From positions 1 to 64,000 of the IMG/VR virus record IMGVR_UViG_3300029928_000002: a stretch of 64,000 nucleotides of DNA. One strand, 5' to 3'. The DNA comes from a virus. Its lineage: Duplodnaviria > Caudoviricetes. Positions 44,812 to 57,600 of this stretch are shown here, piece by piece; the first letter of the stretch is position 1; each line of letters opens with the position of its first letter. A program made the position numbers and the translations under genes. The notes below the pieces were generated by a model. The model made no database searches and was not told the origin of the DNA. It worked only from the letters and a program-made list of their open reading frames with translations.

Positions 44812-47800
44812 ATGGCAACAATTGGTTATGTTACTAACGCCCCATTCAACTAGGGTGAGACTCGTACCTATGAGAATTTTCTTCATTTCTTGGGCGATAA
44901 GCCTAAGAACTTAGGTCTTGTAAGTAGACTTTATCCTCAGTGTACTGCTACTTACTACACAGAAGCTCTTGGAAACATTTTCTTTAACTCAGCTGCTAAG
45001 GCTAACAAGTTCCAGAGCATAGATAGTTATATGATAGAATGGCAACTTGATATTAACGAAATTAAGAGGATTCCTCTTGCAGCAGTTCCTGAAGGTGATG
45101 GTGCTGATGGTACTGAAATTACATTCTATTTCCCACAGAGATATTATGAGAAGTACGACATCTTTAAGATTGAATCTACAAGACAGCAATTTATTGTAGT
45201 TTCACATCCTATTAAGAAGGGTACTAATCTCTGGGTAGTTCAAGCTAGAATTGTATCTGAGGATTACAACACCACAATCGATATGAGCGGTGCAACAGCA
45301 GGTTCACTTACTGTGTTCTAGTCTAACGCTGTTCCTGAGCTTTCTGAAGAGGGCTATGTTAAAACTCAGAGCAACATTCAGAAGATGCGTAACTGGTTGA
45401 CTACTTTCCGTAACGATATTGACTATTCAAGTCAGTTTGAAATTATGGAAGATAAGTTCATTAAGGTTACTAAGGGCTGTGATAATATGACTTATTATCA
45501 GCTCGACAAGAAGGAGAAGATTCTTCTTGACAACTTCATGCTTGCTCGTTCTAAGGGTCTGCTTCTTAACAGAAGTAATATTGATCCTCGCACAGGTAAG
45601 CCAAATGTAGTAGACCCTGAGACAGGACGTCCTATTTATATAGGCGCAGGTATTATACCTCAAATCGAGAGATTTGCTAGTAAGTCTATTTACTATAAGT
45701 TTACATTGAGCACCCTTAACACTGCTCTTGCTACTCTTAATAGGAAGGCAGAGAAGCCACAAGGTAATAAGTACCAGATGGTCTGCAATGAGGCCCTCTA
45801 TACACAAATTCAGCTCACACTTGGTGACTATCTTGCTAAGTTTAGAACTGATGGTACATTCATGTATTCTATGAAAGCTAACGGTTATGTGTCTGTAAAT
45901 CCTGAGGGATATGATACATATAACTTTATGGGTAAACAAAATTGCTCCTCAGTTTGGAAACAAGCTGCGTAAAAATTTATTTAAGTGCTGGAACTTCCTT
46001 AGAGACTATTAAACTACAATATAACAAACGTTATATGAATGTTTAAAAATTAATAGTATTGGATAATCAGCAGCCAAGATTCTATTTTTTAAAGTAGAAT
46101 ACGGTTCAACGACTAGTAAGTCCTAGTTTATTTAGGCATAGATAATAACATATTTATTATCGAAATAATAAACATCTTATGGAAAGTGAGTTACGGTATA
46201 TTGTATACATCACGATAAATCTATGTAATGGAAAATTCTACATAGGAGTGCATAGAACAAATCCAAAAGTATTTGATGGATATATAGGATGTGGCACTTA
46301 TAATAATCATCCTACTAATGATACAGCATTTTGTAATGCAGTTAAAAAATATGGCTATTCTAATTTCAGAAGAACTACTATTAAAGTATTTCCAGATTCT
46401 GAAGAAGGTAAAGAATAGGCATACGCTTTAGAAAAGATTTTGGTAAATGAAACTTTGATTAGAAGTAAGTATGTGTATAATGAATGTTTAGGAGGAGTTT
46501 GTAACAGAACTCCTGATTCTTATAGAAAAGTATATATGTTTGATTTAAAAGGCAACTATCTTAGAAGTTTTAAATGTTGCTAGGATGCTGCAATATATTT
46601 AAATGTATCAGATATATATTCTGCTACTAAAGCAATTCGGAATTGCTGTTTAGGGACTAGCAAATCCAGTTTTGATTATTATTGGAGCTATACTAAAAAA
46701 TTCGATTATAAAGGAACTAAGAATCTTACTCCAGTAGCACAATACACATATTCTGGAAAATTTCTAAAGCATTTTGATTCTATTACTGAGGCTGAAAACG
46801 AGTTACATTGTTGTACAATACACTAGGCAGCTACAAAACATATGTTAGCAGCCGGTTACTAGTGGAGATACTTTACTGGAGATACTAGAGATATACCTCC
46901 ATTAATATCTAACTCTATTAAAAATAAAGTAGTTCCAGTAATTATGTATGATAAGTAGGGAAATGTGCTTGGAGAATATCCGTCTATTAACGAGTGTGTT
47001 AATAGTAATCCGCAATATAATTTTACTAATTCTCAAATACAAAGAGTTTGTAAACATATTATTAAATCACATAAAGGATTTGTATTTAAATATAAAGATG
47101 AAGATATAGTCTTATCTGATTAGAAATAATCAGCTAAAATAAATGAATTAGCTTTCTTTTGTGCTTGATAGAGCACTTACAGAGGAGTTTGGTGATAAGG
47201 GTTACGGTATCATCGTAGACCTTTCTTCAGATTCCGCTTCAGGTACTCCTGCTGTTGGTATGTTTACTGTCGATAACAAGCAGTTCATGCAGAACACCAT
47301 TAACGGTGTAGGCGGCAGCAAGAGTGGCGATGTAGCTACTCGTGTAGCAGGTAGCGTAAAGGTTATCATGGGAATAAACTAATCTGCATTGTTCCCTTAA
47401 AATTCTTTTAAATGCTGGAAAACTAAATGATAAATTTAACAATCAGCAGCCAATATTTAAAACAAAGCCTTAAGGATTGTTTTTTATAAGGTTCAACGAC
47501 TAGGTGGTAATACCGTAAGTAATATTTAATAATATTAACTGAAATGGAGAATGACTTAAAATATATCGTTTACTGTACAGTAAATTAGGTGAACGATAAA
47601 ATTTATATCGGAGTGCATAAGACTGATATAACAAAGTTTGATGGTTATATTGGATGTGGGGTTTATATAAATAGACCTGCAACTTATGAACGTAGTAAAA
47701 CAGTATTTTAGTTAGCTGTAAAAAAATATGGTATAAAAAGTTTCAAAAGATATACCATAGCAACATTTGATAATGAAGATGAAGCATATTTAATGGAATA

Positions 47801-48725
47801 GTCTATAGTTAATAAAGATTTTCTAAAACGTACAGATGTTTATAATACTGCATTAGGAGGCTCTAATGGAGCATATCTTCTCACTTGTAGAAAAGTTTAT
47901 CAATATACAATTGATGGTACTTTTCTCAGAGAATATTCTTCAGTTAAAGAAGCTGCAATATCGGTAAATAGACATAGTACTAGTATTGAAAGAGCTATAG
48001 AATTTAAATCTAAATGTTCAAATTATTTCTGGACAGATATTAAATATGACAAGTTAGATTTATCTAAAATGAAACAATATGTTGGACAACATACAATTCC
48101 AGTATATCAATATTCATCCACTGGAGAATACGAATGTTGTTACGAGTCTATTGAAAAATGTGCAGAAGCATTAAATATAAATTCTTCAAATATAAGTACA
48201 GCTATTAAATTAGCTTCTAAATATAATAACAAATATTTCAGTACTGTATTTAAAGAGACTTTTATAAAAGCTAACAATAAGAGAATACAAACAACAGAAA
48301 TTCATCAATATGATTTAGATGGTAATTATATTGCTTCTTATTCAGGACAACCTGAAGCTAAAAAGAAATTAAATATTAAATCTGATATTTATAAAGCAAT
48401 ACGATTACATAGAACTGCAGGAAATTTCTAGTGGTCTTTTGAAAAATTACCTTAGATAGCTCCCTATAAAGCTAAAACTGGTAGGAAAAGAAGAGTAGGC
48501 AAATATACAAAAGACTGGAAACTGATTAAAGAATATGAATCTAAATCAGAAGCTATGTTAGAAAATGGTAAAGGACTAGCTCATGTATTAGACGGACGTG
48601 ATGAGTTTCATAAAGGTTTTCGATATAAATTCTTAAGTTAATGATATAGTCTGTTGAGTAATTAACTCAGAGCAGGTGTAGCTGTATTTAATCCTTATCG
48701 TAGTTATATTCTGCGTTAGGCTTAA
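44812..48725 (+). CDS. Major capsid protein, three exons: 44812-45933, 47146-47375, 48671-48725 (468 aa spliced, code 15)
   Basis: Splicing restores YNFMG|NQLSFVLDRAL and VIMG-I-AGVAVFNPYRSYILRQA*; 'PELSEEGY' and 'GAGIIPQIER' are crAss MCP motifs. Confidence 0.92.
45934..47145 (+). mobile_element. Group I intron 1 in the MCP gene
   Basis: P1 GGGU^AA/UUGCUC with U.G wobble; TGCTGGAA 45986; AATCAGCAG 46065; GTTCAACGACTA 46104; AAGATATAGTC 47101; terminal G47145. Confidence 0.92.
46179..47129 (+). CDS. Intron-encoded GIY-YIG homing endonuclease with NUMOD1-like repeats (code 15, 316 aa)
   Basis: 'YIVYITINLCNGKFYIGVH', 'VYMFDLKGNYLRSF', 'VAQYTYSGKFL'. Confidence 0.88.
47376..48670 (+). mobile_element. 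Group I intron 2 in the MCP gene
   Basis: P1 GGGAAU^AA/UUGUUCCC; TGCTGGAA 47413; AATCAGCAG 47441; GTTCAACGACTA 47491; GATATAGTC 48643; terminal G48670; P10 CUGC/GCAG. Confidence 0.92.
47544..48641 (+). CDS. Intron-encoded GIY-YIG homing endonuclease with NUMOD1-like repeats (code 15, 365 aa)
   Basis: 'YIVYCTVNQVNDKIYIGVH' and repeated 'VYQY..DG' modules. Confidence 0.88.
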
Positions 48726-48736
48726 GTAAGATAATA

Positions 48737-48787
48737 ATAAGTAAGTGGATAGTAGTATAGCTATCTGCTTACTTATTTATGTTTTTT
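48737..48787 (+). terminator. Terminator after the MCP gene
   Basis: ATAAGTAAGTGGATAG...CTATCTGCTTACTTAT then T-rich. Confidence 0.7.
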
Positions 48788-48806
48788 CAATATGAATTAA
48801 TGATTT

Positions 48807-49646
48807 ATGGCTTAGACAATTTTATTAAGAAGTGTTTGGGGTAAAGTGGGAATGGTATATACCATTAACCCATGTCCAGATAAAATAACAGGTAGATTCT
48901 GTAAATGGGTAAAGCCTGTAGATTCTAAGGGAGATATGATTCTTACAGATAAGGACAGAAATAGTGAGGACTATCCATACTTTATTCCTGAAAATAAGGA
49001 GTTCAAAGTATCTGATGGTACTACTTTTGATCTGTCCGACCCATTTCAGCTTGCTGAATGGGAATCAATTAAGAATGCTCCTATAATTGCATCTAGTAGA
49101 TATGAGAAAGATGCAAACGGTAATTATAAGATTGATGGCAATATTAAAGATACAAGCAGTCATCCTAGAAACGGTGTTGCTGAATTGTATGTAGATATTC
49201 CTGGTGTAGAAACAGCTGCTAGAGTTAGTAAGCAGAAACTTGTCTTCGAAGCTAGTAAGTTGATATTTGACGATCCTAAGGGAGCTGAGGGTAGACTTCG
49301 TATTACTCGTATTCTTGGTAAACACATGAAGAATGCTCCAGAATCAGATGTTACAGAATATCTGCTTGATTTGGCTAAACGTAATCCAAATAAGATTATT
49401 TCTCTTTACAATTCTAATGATTCTCAACTTAGACTTCTGTTTATTGATGCTAAGGAAAATAGAGTAATCATTTCTAAGAATGGCATATTTATGTATGGAG
49501 ACACTCTTCTAGGAGCTACTGATGATGCTGTAATTACTTGGATGAAAGATCCAAAGAACAACAAGTTGCTTCAACTTATGATGGAAGAAACCTATCCGGA
49601 TATGTATCCTACAGAATCTAAAGATACTACTGCTAAAAAGAAATAA
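48807..49646 (+). CDS. Conserved crAss capsid-module protein downstream of the MCP (code 15, 279 aa)
   Basis: ATG GCT TAG start, in frame with ORF 48846; synteny. Confidence 0.75.
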
Positions 49647-49656
49647 TTTATAAACT

Positions 49657-50775
49657 ATGACAGCAAAACAAGTATTTGAAGCTGTTTTAATGGAGCTTAA
49701 TAAACAAAATGCTCCAAGCATTGATCTGGAAACTTTTAATTATTTCTTTAATAAAGCTATTAACTAGTTTATAAATAAACAGTTTAATGTTGGTGTAGAT
49801 ACTGACCAACAACGTACTGACGATATAAGAGTATTGAAGACTTCTGCTATCTTAAAACCCGTAAAAACACCTGCAGATTTATCTAAGGTAATAACAAAGC
49901 TATTGGGTAAAACTGATGGTGATAACGGAGAAAAGGGAGATGCAGAAGTAGTCAGCTCTGACTCTGTATATGGAGCTACTTATGAATTTAACTTACCTGC
50001 AGATTATTTACATTTACTGAATTGTATCTGTATTTATCAGGTAAAGAAAAGAATAAATTGTCCGTATAATGTAGGAGATATTGTAAGGAAGGGAGCTATT
50101 AAATGTAATGCCGATACTTGGCCGCTTATTATAGACAATCTCTATATGAGACCTACTTATAAGAGACCTTATTATTACATTAATAATTTAAATACTTCAC
50201 CTACAAATCCTACTAATCCTTTTAAAGAGGATATTAATTCTGGCTCATCAATACAATATAGTGGAACTGATGTCGCTACTTCTCAATATGTAGAAACAGG
50301 TCCTAGTTATGATGCAGACAAGAATAAGGTAAGTGGAACAACTTATAAGGATACATAGAATACTTCTGCAGCAGCGTCAGGTAATCCTTTAAATAGAAAA
50401 TACAAGATTTCTATTGATGACGTAGATAGTGAGGATAATACTGTAGTAAAAACTGCAGGTCATCGTTACGGCAATTCTTCAAATGTACGTTTGGAGATCA
50501 GATATGGCCAAGATTCCTCAGTATTTAATTTGATTGGTATAAGTATCGACTACATTAAAGCACCTCAATTCATAAGACTGACTTAGGAATAGCTTGATTT
50601 AAATGAAGATACTTCACAAGTAATAGAATTTCCAGATTATATATGCCAAGAGATAATAAACGAGCTGACTAAAATAGTCATGGAGAACGCTAGTGATCCT
50701 AGACTGCAAACTAATCCTGCTATAAGCTAGTCTATTGCTGCTCCAGCTCAAGCATAGACATCAACTAAAAAATAA
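49657..50775 (+). CDS. Putative neck/ring structural protein (code 15, 372 aa)
   Basis: 'ELNKQNAPSIDLETFNYF.NKAI', 'LPADYLH', 'DYIKAP...EFPDYICQEII'. Confidence 0.7.
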
Positions 50776-50782
50776 TTAAGTT

Positions 50783-51994
50783 ATGTCAACATTTAATTTT
50801 GAAACTACTACTATTATTAATAGTATTACCGCTCCTGGATTTGCAGGTAAAACTGCACATAGTGGGGCTACTACTATTAAAGATCATCCAAGATTCTGGG
50901 TCGATGCAGAAGATACTTCTAACCCTGTATTGAGAATTGCCAGAGGTGGCAGATTTGCAAGACAGAATATTAGTTCTATAGTAAAGAGAGCTTGGGAAGA
51001 TCCTGAGTATTTCCAAGTAACTTTTGATATGACTAAGGCTACAGCTAAGCTCTCTGACCAAGTTACTAGTCTTCTTGGTAGACTTGTAATTAAGGTAGAA
51101 TTGCAAGGCTCTAATGATGTTATCTATTCAGATGCATATAGCCGTCACATCAAGCCTTTCTATATTGAGTTCCCTGTAAGTGCTTCAGATAAAGGCAAAG
51201 AATCAGATCTTGCTAAGAAAGTTGCTAGAATTGCTAACAAGTACGGCAATCTCGTCTACGGCGACTTGCAGCTGAATGTCAACACTGACGGCACTAAAGT
51301 AGTTGTTACTGGTACTGATGAATATCAGAGAGTTGTAGAAGCCTCTTTGGAGATCTACAATGAGGCTCATCAGACATTTGATTGCTGCGCTGCTTTCGGT
51401 GACTACGAATATGATTCAGATGGTGTACTTGTAAATCAGGGTAAGCCGGGTGTTGGTACTTATCGTCAGTTGGTCAAGGATCTTGTTCTTCCTACTGAAG
51501 CTCATAGAGAGTGGGCTAATCCATTTGAGGATGAAGCTCCTATTCTTGGCGGCCACTACAATGAGTATACTATTACTCTTTGTGTTGAGAGACCAGGTCT
51601 TGGAGGCTTGAGTGCTGTCGGTCAGCAGGTTGTTTCTACTACTATGCACACTTTCTTCGTACTTGATGATGGTAGCACCGATGCCAAAGTAAATCCTTCT
51701 CTTGCTTTCGAGGCTTTATTAGTATAGCTTTCTAATGGTATTGAAGGTATGGCTACCACTGCAGACAAAGATTATGATGATGTTGCTGTAGACAAGGATA
51801 AACTCGAAGATTCTTATAACGATTCAGCTGCTATTAAGAATGTATAGACTGAAGCACAGGGTAAGAATCTTACAGATTCAGAGTCTATTGTAACTCCTAA
51901 GGGCCTTAAGAATGGTAAGAGACAACCAGCTTCTGCTACTACTGGCGGTTCAACCGGTGGCAGTGGTTCAGATTCTGGCACAACCTAGCCTTAA
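50783..51994 (+). CDS. Putative auxiliary capsid/abundant virion protein (code 15, 403 aa)
   Basis: High-expression-like codon usage; followed by a terminator; synteny. Confidence 0.65.
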
Positions 51995-52015
51995 TATTTT
52001 TTATAATATCTAATT

Positions 52016-52065
52016 AATAGGTGTTAGCTAACTAATGAATAGTTAGTTAGCACCTATTTTTTTTT
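52016..52065 (+). terminator. Rho-independent terminator
   Basis: AATAGGTGTTAGCTAACTA...TAGTTAGTTAGCACCTATT then a T-run. Confidence 0.8.
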
Positions 52066-52078
52066 AAGTGTAGTTTTT

Positions 52079-52771
52079 ATGGGAATGATAAATAGATTAG
52101 CTTCTGCTGTTTACAATGATATTGTAGGAGGATTGCGTGGTTATCATGAAAACCATTCTATAAGTCTTGAACAGCTTGAAGACGACATTATATAGACAAG
52201 AATTTCTGTAATAAAGGAATATGCTTTAAAAGGTATATTGCCTATTAAAGATTTATTAGAAGCAATAAATTGTATTCCAGTAGATTGTGAAGATTTGGAT
52301 AGATGTCATTGTAATTCTGAATATGTAGGTAAACCTTAGATGCATTTCTGTATACCACAACTAATGATGGATTGCTTTGGTTCAGATACAATAGATTACA
52401 TAGGTTCTACAGATAGATAGAATCCTTTTATTGTATACCAATCTATGACTACTACTTAGATATATTCTAAGTATAGAAGAAGAGCTAAGAATAAACCTTT
52501 TGTATATCTAGACACAACTCCAAATGATTAGGGATGGTTAGATGGTTATATATTTAATGCTCCATATTTAAAAGAAATTTCTGTAGTTGCAGTATTTAAA
52601 GATCCTAGAGACCTAGAAAACTTTAAATGCTGTCCTGATGATGTATCTAGTAAAAGATTTAGTTTTATTGATGAAGAGGTAAGAAAGCGAGTAACTACTT
52701 AGTATGTACAATATTACAGATAGTTAGCTATGCCTATTATACCTAATAAACAAGAATATTCTGCAAGCTAA
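52079..52771 (+). CDS. Putative ring/tail structural protein (code 15, 230 aa)
   Basis: 'IDYIGSTD', 'YIFNAP', 'VVAVFKDPR'. Confidence 0.65.
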
Positions 52772-53469
52772 TGGAATTATTTGATTTTCACTATGCACAA
52801 GTTCTAGCCAATTAGTATTATAATGTAGATATGGAACCTGAAGATTTTGAAGAATTAGGTTTAATTGCATTTGAGAGAATTGGAAATAAGAGAACTAAAT
52901 TACATAGAAGCTGTTTAACAGTATCTAAAGATAATACTGCAGAATTGCCAGAAAACTGTGATAATATTAAAGCTATAACATATAATTTTGAAGATGCCAG
53001 ATTCGTATCACCTATCTATGATTATGGAGATATAGATTCTATCGTTACTGAGAATTATATTGAATATGGTAAACAATTAACCAGTCCAGATTATATATCT
53101 GGAAGGTATGTTAAGTACACACAAAGTGGTAATACTTTATATTTAAAAGATAATTGTACGGGATAGACTTTAAATATCTTGTATGAAGAGAATATATTAG
53201 ATGATAATGGATTGCCTAAGATTACTTCAGAAGAAGCCTTAGCTATTGCTACCTACGTAGCCAGTGTTCAGCTTTTTAAGAAAGGATTAGCGACTAATAA
53301 TTCAGGGCTCGTACAGATGTCTCAAGTCTTAGATTAGAAAGCTGCTAGATATATTGATTAGGCAAGAATACCTGAAAGTATATCTGATAATGAAATGAAT
53401 GAAATTTTGGACGCCAAAACAAGTTCTGATAGGAAGTTGTATGGTAAGTCTTACAAACCAATAAAATGA
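52771..53469 (+). CDS. Putative tail tubular/ring protein (code 15, 232 aa)
   Basis: 'FEELGLIAFERIGNK', 'LPENCDNI', 'DDNGLP'. Confidence 0.65.
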
Positions 53470-54695
53470 TGGATGATTATGATTTGTTATCTTTTGGACA
53501 GATAAAAAAACTTGTACGAAGAGAGATAGGTTAGGAACGATTTAAAATAGAACCAAAGCGGTAGAAGAAGATAAAGATTGTTTAGAGGAAACCTGTCGAA
53601 TAGGAATTTGTAGACTTTATGTAGCAGACAGATAAGAAGTTTGCTTTTAATTCTAAAGAGTTATTCTATGGATATAAGAAACCAGTAACTAAATAGGATT
53701 TACAATCTTTAGGTTATTATATAAAAGGGGTTGAGAAAGAAGAATGTCTTGGAGAAGTATTTGCAGAATTTGTAATATTTCTTATTAAAGAAGTTATAGT
53801 AAATAATCTTACCTTGGCTGTCCCTGCTATAGGAGCTTATTGCACTTTACACACAAAACCTATAGAAGGAGAAGATTTTAAAAAATACAGACAGTAGGGT
53901 AAGTTTTTAGACATAAACTTCTTAGTATCTGATTTTAAAGCATATAAAATAGTTTTAACCAGATACCGCAGCAGAGATTCATCTATATTTTTTGACACTG
54001 ATATAGCTTTAGACCCTGGACTTTAGAAAGAATTGTCAGAACAGATCAATAGTGGTAAACAATACTATGATTCTATTCCGAAGAAATTTGACGATTATAT
54101 TTCTGAGTTTTGGTACTTATATCCAAAAGCAAGTTTGAAGTTTCTAAAATCATTTATACGCTTTGGGTGGGTACAAATTTTTCATCATGCCAAAAGATTT
54201 AGAGATGTTTTTATATAGACAAAAAACCATTATATTTATATAGGAAATATTGAAACTCTTTCAGGATTTAAACCTGAAACATATTATCGTAGGCTAATGC
54301 GTAAGAAACTTGAAAAATTATTTATAACTAAGAATATTAAATGGGATGGATATTACTATTTTTGCATTTCTCAATAGGAATATAAATATTATTTCAAGCC
54401 TACAGAAAATATGAAGAAGCTGAGAAGATATAATTCCTGCAGAGCTAATACAACTAAATATTTCTTTTTTGATAACCCTAAAGTTCTATTTAAACATCCA
54501 GATATGGCCTATGCGTTTTATAAATATAGATATATGGTTAGAGCAAAAGCTCCTCAAGACTTTGGTAATCATAGATATATAAGACCATATCTGCCTATAT
54601 AGAATGTTGAAAATTATGAGTTTGTAGGGGCTAAAACATTGAAAAATCTTATGGAACACAAATATAAAATATTATGTCTAAGAAAGCAACGGTAA
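53466..54695 (+). CDS. Putative IHF/HU-like protein, apparently two domains (code 15, 409 aa)
   Basis: Same-frame fragments; position between ring and tail-stabilization genes as in crAss-like phages. Confidence 0.5.
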
Positions 54696-57600
54696 ATGGT
54701 TTTACTGGCGGATTATCTATAGATTTGAATCCGCTTACTAATACTAAAGAAGTATTATCTGATGCAGTAAATGCTACTTTAGTTACGGGTAATGGAGATG
54801 AAATGATATTGTAGAATGATATGGGTAATATTCCTTTAGGCTCAATTCCTGAAGGATATGTTCCTGTAGGGTGTAAGGAGTATGGTGGAATTGCTTATAT
54901 TGCTTTATATAATCCTAAAACTAAGAAATGTTAGTTAGGTACCTATCCTTCACCTGAAAGTTATACTGAGAAAAATAATTCTAATGGGTCATTTAAACAA
55001 AACCCTTTTGATATATTGTCAGGAACCCCTATAGTACCTATAGATAATATAAATTATTCTAGCGATATTTATATAACTAAAAATTGTATAGATAATATTA
55101 CTTATGGTAGTAATGTAGAGATAACTATTAATAATTTCGTAGATTATGTTAATATGTCTTCTGGAGACATGAAGATGTGGGATTATAAATGGTAGAAAAT
55201 ACTTTCTAACTCTCAGAAAGAAGATGTTTCTGAGAAGTCGGCTACTATAAATGGAAATAATTGTACATTTGTATTAAATAATAGAGGAAATACAGGATAG
55301 CTAATTCTACATTTACACAAAAGACATATAAATAAAATACTTAATACTGTTAATTTTATACGTTAGTCTGATGTATCTAAATTAAAGAATTTGACAGACG
55401 AAGAAACTTAGGTTTTCAAAAATATTCCTAAAAATGGTGGAGTATTTATATTTAATTCTACTTATTATTGGGACTGTCCTGACGGTATTGGAAGTAATTG
55501 CGGGGCAATATCTAATGTAATCAATGGAATTAAATATGTTATATCTACAAATTCTGGAGATACAGAAGTTTATTATGATCATACTACTTCTAAGGATAGG
55601 GAAAAGGATGGAGATACAGGTTATTGGAAGCGTTCTGTTCAAACATATTGTTATATAAAGTCATTTTAGCCTTCAGAGATATTTAATATAAAAATATATC
55701 CTAGGACTTACAATAGAGATTAGACTGAATTGGAAGATTCTATCAGTATAGCTGCAAATGCTTGTGATAATCCTGATATTTATTTGAATACTTGGAATTA
55801 TAAAGTATATAACAATCAATTAGTTCTTACTTGGGGATTCTATGACATCAGTCTCTATAAGTAGGGTATTAGTAATATAGTAATGAAGTTTTATGATATA
55901 TATACTAATACAATAGACCATGTAAAAACTATAGAAAAGCGATCTACATACAATGGTTCTTTCGTTAATTCTGTAACAGGATTGTAGCCGAATACAATAT
56001 ACTTTGTGATAATTTCTTTTACAGCACAAAACTCTTAGTATGAAGAATATAGGTGGGTAAATACTTCTTCTCTATATAATTCATGCACTTTAAAAGATTT
56101 TGGGGATATTTCTATTGTTCCTTACAATCTTATAAATATTCCTTTAGATTTATCCGAAACTTCTGATAGTTTTTAGACTGTGGATTCTTAGAAGACGGGT
56201 ACTTTATTATCTTCAAATACTCAAACTAAAGCCTTTAGCATGGTTGTAAATAATACTATAAGTAATTATTACAATATGAAAGGCATTACTGAAAATAATA
56301 ATAATAATAATAACATATTTACTATAAATCCGGAGAACTTAGAAGAAGCTGCTTTATATACTTTCTCAAAATCTAAGGTAAGTAGTTCTCAAACTTCTTT
56401 TGAACCTAAAGTTATAGGAAATTAGGATACTTCTTTTGTAAAAGAAAATCAAGCAATATTTAAAGAAGGCTCTCTTAATGCAATATGTACATCTGCAAAA
56501 ACTGATGCAACGTTAAAAAAGCTGGGTTATACAGATACTTATTTAAAAGTTAGTTTTTAGTGTAGCTAGGCTGCGTCTGCATCAAGTAAACTTTATACAG
56601 GAGCAATTACCTTTAATAAATATTTTAGACCATTTGTATTAGACCCACTGGAAGTTTCTAAGAATCTTAGAGAAAAGTTAAAATCTAATTATTACGCTTT
56701 TGGATATGAAATAGATTCCGACTACCTACCAAAATATTACTACATGACTTAGGTAGCCTGTAAAAATGATGATGAAGGGGGATTACCTTCTGATAACTTA
56801 TGGTATAGACAATATGTTGTTGATAGGACTAATATAGATACTGGGTATTATATTAATTCCAATGGTAATAAAGATTTCAAACTATACGATAACAATGGAA
56901 CTTTAATGGATGATAACTACTAGGATACTTATGTTGAATTAGACGATTCTGCAGCTACTCATACAGATGTTGGTGCTATTTATAATTATTTGACAGAAGA
57001 AACTATTACAGGTGCTACCTCAGACATAGGGACCTCACAAGTTATTAATAATTTTGTACAAGGATATGGGAGCAGCTTGAATAATTCCATATATGGTGAA
57101 TTGGCGGATAATGATTTTGATAATAATAAAAACAATTGGTGGAATGGTTCTTATACTCCTATCGTGTTAGGAAATAAATATGGTCATAATACAAAAGCTA
57201 GGGCTAACTTAACAATAGGTAGAAATGCAGATAACTCTTTCAAAGATACTGTTGATTAGTTTACTATATTACAGACTATAATGTCCAACAATACTAAAGC
57301 TGCCAATAAATTTATCCCTACATTCTGCTTCTGGGGGAGTGCATATTTAACTGACTTTGTTCAAAAAGATACTAAGGGGAATTATTCATTAAGGTCTTAG
57401 AGAACTCATGATTATCAACATAATGGAGTAGATGTTCCTGGATATGAAGGTAATTCTAATACCGATTCCGGTATAGCTATTACTTATATGCCGGAAGAGA
57501 AGGGGGGACATAAATATTTCTTTGGTTCCTGCTTTAAGAGCTTATTTCCATTCTGGTTAGATTCTCAAGGAGTATACAGCAGTTTAAATTATGGGCAATC

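Noticed and set aside
45934-45972. MCP ending 'KQNCSSVWKQAA*'
   Set aside because: This is read-through into intron 1; the spliced product continues at 47146
56294-56315. AAT trinucleotide run
   Set aside because: Simple poly-Asn tract inside the tail gene; frame-neutral
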